From Candidatus Woesearchaeota archaeon (GTDB lineage Archaea > Nanobdellota > Nanobdellia > Pacearchaeales > GW2011-AR1): a DNA stretch of 64,000 nucleotides. The notes under the pieces were generated by a model. It saw nothing but the letters and a program-made list of their open reading frames with translations, did no database searches and was not told the origin of the DNA. The stretch is taken from the NCBI GenBank assembly GCA_964466575.1, contig CAYXNP010000005.1:3938-67937 (forward strand). Direction: 5' to 3'. Shown here piece by piece: positions 58,978 to 64,000 of this stretch (positions within the stretch are counted from its first letter, which is position 1; every line of letters starts with the position of its first letter). The position numbers and the translations under genes were made by a program.

Positions 58978-60462
58978 TTATAAACTTTTCTCTAACTTCT
59001 TAACCATATATTCCCCTTCTTTCTTATATCCTAACTTTTTATAATATTCCCGCACACCAACGCCGGAAATCACTGCGATTTTTTTAAAACCATTTTCTCG
59101 GCTAATCTTCTCAGCTTCCAACATCAAACGTTTTCCCAACCCACGATGCTGAGCAATTGTAGAAGTTGGCTCACTCCCATGTCGGGGACGCAAAAGGGTG
59201 GGGTGGGCACCCTTAAAAGATTCACCTAAATCAAGAGCCTGTCCATAAACATGAAGTTCTCTAACAATCGCTTTATCATTTGTTAATCTTAATCTCAACA
59301 ATCCAAAAAGTATCCTATCCTTATCTATAACTTGCAAGAATATTTCACTTCCCCCACTGGCTTTGTAGTTAACTCTATCTATTTCTAACCGAGCCACGCG
59401 AGGTAAATTAAACCCAACCTCCCTCATCCGAATTTCTTTAACATCAGAATTATCCTCTCGAAGTTTTTTCTCAACCTGACTCCTCAAACCAATATCATCA
59501 CTTCCAGCAACTAACTTCTCCGGTGGAATCTCACGCATAACTCTCATAACCCGGCAATACTCTGGAATCAATTTAATCATCTCCTCAAGAACATCCCGCG
59601 TCTGATTTTTATCATAAGGTTTGTAGCCAATCTTCTTCCAATTTTTCTCTAACGCAGAACCTTTAATAACTTGACAAGGATAAATTTTAATTTGATCTGG
59701 CTTAAAATCCTCGTCGCTAAAAACTTTTTTAAACAACCTCAAATCTTTTTTTGGATTAGAAAAAGGCAAACCAGGCATAATATGATAACCAACTTTAAAA
59801 CCTGCGTCTTTCAATCTCTGCGTCGCGTCAACAACATCTTTAACTGTATGCCCCCTATTTATCTTTTTATAAATTTCATCATCTAAAATCTGAACTCCCA
59901 ATTCAACTCGCGTACATCCATAACTCAACATTCGCTTAATCTCTCCTTCAGAACAATTATCCGGCCGATTTTCAATACAAAGCGCAACGACTCTATGTTT
60001 TGATTTCTCATTCAGTTTTTTTGCTTCCTCTAAATTTTTTGATTTCTTTATATTTTCAGTGCCTCGCGATGCGTATGCGTAATCGCCATTCAATAAATCA
60101 TAAGTTGTTTTAATAACATACTCCTGATATTCAATATCATACTGCATAAACGTGCCTCCAAGAATTATAACTTCAATCTTGTCAAGAGGATGATTCATTT
60201 CTTTTAAAACTTTCATTCGCGCATTAACCTGTTTTTCAACATCGTAGTTCAAAGCCAACGCCCGCATTATCGCAGGACTTTTATTAGTATAACTTTGCGG
60301 AACATCGTCGCCCCCAGGACAATATAAACATACTCCATGATCGCACTTTCGCGGTTTCAAAACAACAGTCAAAACAGTCACGCCGGCCTTCGAACGAACT
60401 GGCTTCTTTACAATTCCTTCTCTCAATTCTTTCTGAAGAACTTGTTGATTTTTTATTTGCAT
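58978..60462 (-). CDS. elp3: Elp3 tRNA U34 carboxymethyltransferase (radical SAM plus KAT)
   Basis: CDHGVCLYCPGG, RPD, VRELHVYG, QHRGLG and ISGVGVREYY motifs. Confidence 0.96.
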   Translation of the reverse strand: MQIKNQQVLQKELREGIVKKPVRSKAGVTVLTVVLKPRKCDHGVCLYCPGGDDVPQSYTNKSPAIMRALALNYDVEKQVNARMKVLKEMNHPLDKIEVIILGGTFMQYDIEYQEYVIKTTYDLLNGDYAYASRGTENIKKSKNLEEAKKLNEKSKHRVVALCIENRPDNCSEGEIKRMLSYGCTRVELGVQILDDEIYKKINRGHTVKDVVDATQRLKDAGFKVGYHIMPGLPFSNPKKDLRLFKKVFSDEDFKPDQIKIYPCQVIKGSALEKNWKKIGYKPYDKNQTRDVLEEMIKLIPEYCRVMRVMREIPPEKLVAGSDDIGLRSQVEKKLREDNSDVKEIRMREVGFNLPRVARLEIDRVNYKASGGSEIFLQVIDKDRILFGLLRLRLTNDKAIVRELHVYGQALDLGESFKGAHPTLLRPRHGSEPTSTIAQHRGLGKRLMLEAEKISRENGFKKIAVISGVGVREYYKKLGYKKEGEYMVKKLEKSL

Positions 60463-60511
60463 GTAAATTGTAGAACAATAATACTTTTAAAGTATTTTAC
60501 TATGAAAAATC

Positions 60512-61090
60512 ATGGAAACCAATGAACCAGAATTTGAATCGGGACCTTTCACAACAGAACAAGCCAAAAATATACATGAGATTCTCAAACAAAAAAGTCT
60601 CGCAGATAAATTTTTATTTAGAAAATCATTAGATGAAAAATATGGTTTCCCTTTATTTTGGGCTTCATTAGAAGTAAAAAACATAGATTGGAATACCATT
60701 TATTCTCAATTAGAACTTGATTATCCAAATGCTAGAGATGTCGACTCTTTTATATTAAGAGTAAACCAAATTCCGCAAATTCCATGTGAAGGAGTTGTAA
60801 CTGAAAAAAACCTTTTTGTGAGTCGTAACAGAATTCCAATGATTGGTCCGGGTTTACTTAAAATGGTTCTTCCATCAGAAAGAAAGTTTGAGATTGATTT
60901 CTCTAGTGGAATTAATCAAGAATCTATTTTAACAAATAATATAGAAAATTATTTTGATGCAACACTAAATGGTAATACCTATCACTTCTCTAGAACTAAA
61001 AGCGGTGTATATGAAATAATTCAGTATGTTTCACACGGCGAAACTTTAGAAACTTCAAGTCTTGAAGAATCAGTCGAGCAAACACTTTAA
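60512..61090 (+). CDS. Hypothetical protein
   Basis: 192-aa ORF. Confidence 0.6.
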   Translation: METNEPEFESGPFTTEQAKNIHEILKQKSLADKFLFRKSLDEKYGFPLFWASLEVKNIDWNTIYSQLELDYPNARDVDSFILRVNQIPQIPCEGVVTEKNLFVSRNRIPMIGPGLLKMVLPSERKFEIDFSSGINQESILTNNIENYFDATLNGNTYHFSRTKSGVYEIIQYVSHGETLETSSLEESVEQTL

Positions 61091-61113
61091 AAAGTTCACC
61101 CCCAAATAAAATC

Positions 61114-61596
61114 ATGATAAACCCGCACGACTATCACATCCTTTTAGCAGAAGACGATGATTGGCTTCGAGAAACTTTTTCAATACTTCTTGAAAGAAAA
61201 AGATTTGCCTGCACACTCGCAAGAGATGGAAAAGAATTATATGAATTAGCTAAATCAGAAAAGTTAAAACAAATTGAAAATCTCGTTATTGTTTCAGATA
61301 CAGATATGCCATTAATGGATGGTGATCGGGCATGTAAAAAATTACTTGAAGAATTTCCAGAGATATATCAAAAAAGAATTATCATAGGGATGTCAGATAA
61401 CCCTGAAAATGAAAAACATTGGAAAGGCATTGAAGTATGGCAGTCATTCATATACAAAGGAAGTGAAATTGCAAATCCATCTAGCAAAAAAAATCTCGCT
61501 GAATTAGTTTTCAATAGAATGAATACAACTCAAGTAAATTCCGGATTTTACATAAATCCTGACGGAACATATAGAAAAAGTGTAAATCAAGATTAA
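61114..61596 (+). CDS. Stand-alone response-regulator receiver protein
   Basis: ILLAEDD, SDTDMPLMDG, GMS and K motifs. Confidence 0.85.
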   Translation: MINPHDYHILLAEDDDWLRETFSILLERKRFACTLARDGKELYELAKSEKLKQIENLVIVSDTDMPLMDGDRACKKLLEEFPEIYQKRIIIGMSDNPENEKHWKGIEVWQSFIYKGSEIANPSSKKNLAELVFNRMNTTQVNSGFYINPDGTYRKSVNQD

Positions 61597-62429
61597 TACA
61601 ATTTATTTATTCCGTTAATATCGCCGTCTTCCAACGTTCTTGCTTTAGTTTCTCCTTCACTTCCATAACCATACATTGTCATCTCACTGCAAACAGAATC
61701 ATATAAATCCCCTAATCCGACACTGTGTCCAAGCTCGTGAGTTGCAATTGATTCAAAATCCATTTTTGCAGTTTCAATTAATGCGTTCTCTGTCCATTCA
61801 AAATCAACATCATCATAAACTTGATCCCACTCGACTAATTCCCTTCCTTGCGGAGGTCCGTAAAAAATCCCCCAAACAATTGTTACAGCAATTGCTCCGT
61901 CGCTTCCAACATCAGCGAAGTAAACTTCATTTTTTCCATCAGTTGAAGAAGTGTCTGCTCCGTCGACAACCCCGGCAACTTCATTTCCAAGAATATTATA
62001 ACTGGATGCGTCTTCCCATTTTTGAAGATCATAAGCTAAATTACTTCTAACAAAAGAATCACCTAATCCGTCAAGATTATCTGTATCAACAATATAACTT
62101 TCTGGAGTTCCTTTCCATTTTGCATCCTTCGCTAAAAAAGTATAACAGCTTGAAGTTCCGCTTCCTCCACCACTTCCAGGTCTCCCAGGAACTCCTCCTC
62201 TCGCGTATACACCTTTATACTTGTAAATTGCATAACCTTGAACAACTTTTCCGCTTTGTGCATCAAAAGAATTTCCTAAATCATACAATCCCGGCGCGAT
62301 TTCAACTGCATGAGCCGGAACATTAACAACAGCTTTTCCATTCGCGCTTGCAGACTTAAATTCCGGAATAGCCATAACAAATGCGATTGATAATATAAAA
62401 AAGGTTAATATTGTAAATATCTTTTTCAT
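61593..62429 (-). CDS. Secreted matrixin-like (M10) metalloprotease
   Basis: Signal peptide; HELGHSVGLGD; Met-turn TMYG. Confidence 0.85.
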   Translation of the reverse strand: MKKIFTILTFFILSIAFVMAIPEFKSASANGKAVVNVPAHAVEIAPGLYDLGNSFDAQSGKVVQGYAIYKYKGVYARGGVPGRPGSGGGSGTSSCYTFLAKDAKWKGTPESYIVDTDNLDGLGDSFVRSNLAYDLQKWEDASSYNILGNEVAGVVDGADTSSTDGKNEVYFADVGSDGAIAVTIVWGIFYGPPQGRELVEWDQVYDDVDFEWTENALIETAKMDFESIATHELGHSVGLGDLYDSVCSEMTMYGYGSEGETKARTLEDGDINGINKLY

Positions 62430-62549
62430 TAAATTTAACAGTTGTTAAAGTTTAAATAATCTTCTACATATTCTTATCTTAAATTTTTATGTCATTATAA
62501 AGTAATATCAATTAGGAATATTTATAAAGAACAGTTCGCCTTTAAAAGA

Positions 62550-63011
62550 ATGGTAAGAAAAAAAGTAACCAAAAAAAGAATAAGTACAAAAAATCCTAGA
62601 CCAAGAATTGATGTAGCTCTTATAGTTATGCATGAAGACAGAATATTACTGGGAGAAAAAAGAAAATCAAAAAGTCAGGGAAGATGTTGGGATTTTCCTG
62701 GTGGAGCAATAGAATATGGAGAATCACCTCACACAACCGGATTAAGAGAAACATTTGAAGAATCAGGAATTCGTGTAAGAATAATCGACGAAGAACCTTA
62801 CTCTGTCACAAGTGATATGATTAAATCAGGTAGACATGAAATAACACAAGTTTATAGAGCGATACCAGAACCAATCGAAAAATATCATCCAAGACTAAGA
62901 GAACCAAATAAATTTCACCAATGGGCATATTTTCCTTTAGAGGAACTTCCTTCTAAACTTTCTATAGGAGTTCAAAACTTCTTAAAAAAAGGATATAATC
63001 CATTCAAATAA
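62550..63011 (+). CDS. NUDIX hydrolase
   Basis: PGGAIEYGE...LRETFEESG. Confidence 0.92.
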   Translation: MVRKKVTKKRISTKNPRPRIDVALIVMHEDRILLGEKRKSKSQGRCWDFPGGAIEYGESPHTTGLRETFEESGIRVRIIDEEPYSVTSDMIKSGRHEITQVYRAIPEPIEKYHPRLREPNKFHQWAYFPLEELPSKLSIGVQNFLKKGYNPFK

Positions 63012-63095
63012 AATAATAAACCCTCTGATTATTTATGTTTGCATTATATAATCTATTAAAATAATCTATTTAAAGAGTTTATTATTTCTATAAAA

Positions 63096-64000
63096 ATGAA
63101 AATCGGAATAATCGGCGGCTCGGGCTTGGACAATCCAGAACTTCTTCAGGATTTTCACGAGATAGAAATTGAAACACCCTTCGGCAAACCATCGTCGCCA
63201 TTAATAATTGGAAAAATAAAAAACGTCGAAGTAATAATAATTTCCCGGCATGGACGCAAACACGAAATCCCACCATCACAAGTCAACAACCGCGCAAACA
63301 TATTCGCGTTAAAAGACCAAGGCTGTAAAAAAATCTTATCAACAACTGCCTGCGGCTCTCTCCGTGAAGAAATTAAAAGAGGAGATTTTGTAATTTTAGA
63401 TCAGTTCATCGATTTCACAAAACACCGGCAGGTAACTTTCTTTGACAAATTCGAATTTGGTCCAATCCACAGACCAATGTCAAAACCATTTTCAGAAAAT
63501 CTTCGTAACAGATTAATAAACTCATGCAAGAAATTTAATTTCCCGCATCACGAAAATGGAACAGTCATAACAATTGAGGGAAATCGATTTTCTACAATCG
63601 CTGAAAGTTATATGTTCCAACATCTCGGAGCAGATGTAATAAATATGTCAATCGCTCCCGAATGCATTTTAGCAAATGAAGCAGAACTCGAATACGCAAC
63701 AATCGCAATGTCAACTGACTACGACTGCTGGAAAATCGACGAAGCTCCAGTAACATGGGAAGAAATCCTAAAAGTTTTCAACGCCAATGTCGAAAAAGTC
63801 AAACAAGTTTTAATAAATACAATTGAGTCTTTTGCTCAGGAAGATAAAACTACTCCCAAAAAGTTGGGGTCGAAGATTCTGGGAGGGGTGGGCACTGATG
63901 TTAGATTCGCTGAGATAAAAAACAAAATAAGAACAATTCCAAACTTCCCAAAACAAGGAATTCAATTTAGAGACATTACAACTTTATTAAAAGACCCAGA
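63096..64000 (+). CDS. mtnP: MTA phosphorylase fused in-frame to an adenine phosphoribosyltransferase domain (truncated by the window edge)
   Basis: IGIIGGSG, RHG, NRANI and TDYDCW, then no stop before IRTIPNFPKQGIQFRDITTLL. Confidence 0.92.
   Translation, partial: MKIGIIGGSGLDNPELLQDFHEIEIETPFGKPSSPLIIGKIKNVEVIIISRHGRKHEIPPSQVNNRANIFALKDQGCKKILSTTACGSLREEIKRGDFVILDQFIDFTKHRQVTFFDKFEFGPIHRPMSKPFSENLRNRLINSCKKFNFPHHENGTVITIEGNRFSTIAESYMFQHLGADVINMSIAPECILANEAELEYATIAMSTDYDCWKIDEAPVTWEEILKVFNANVEKVKQVLINTIESFAQEDKTTPKKLGSKILGGVGTDVRFAEIKNKIRTIPNFPKQGIQFRDITTLLKDP

Overview
AT-rich chromosomal window from a small-genome archaeon. It carries archaeal aIF2-gamma, aIF5B, S6e, S28e, L24e, L7Ae, Kae1 and Elp3, plus a bacterial-type gyrase; a DPANN lineage such as Pacearchaeota or Woesearchaeota is my inference. 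Other housekeeping content: tmk, rps10, an RbgA-like GTPase, a 2-oxoacid:ferredoxin oxidoreductase with ferredoxin, tRNA-Glu, and an MTAP-APRT fusion running off the right edge. Accessory genes are interleaved throughout: four probable toxin-antitoxin modules, a GH84 hydrolase, a radical SAM enzyme, a glycosyltransferase island, and a duplicated nitrilase/ATP-grasp pair. Four signals stand out. (1) One- or two-gene cassettes sit between duplicated ends of core genes, either exact 19-21 bp copies of a gene start or diverged relic 3' ends of kae1 and gyrA; no integrase is visible in the window. (2) A modular, nesting family of strand-specific hairpin repeats with tandem G.A mismatches and covarying stems also occurs in-frame inside Kae1, Elp3 and MTAP-APRT. 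(3) An IS903-like MITE with a 9-bp target duplication lies 43-45 bp from a start codon in all four copies. (4) gyrB and gyrA carry related HNH inteins. All calls come from reading the sequence by eye; no searches were run.
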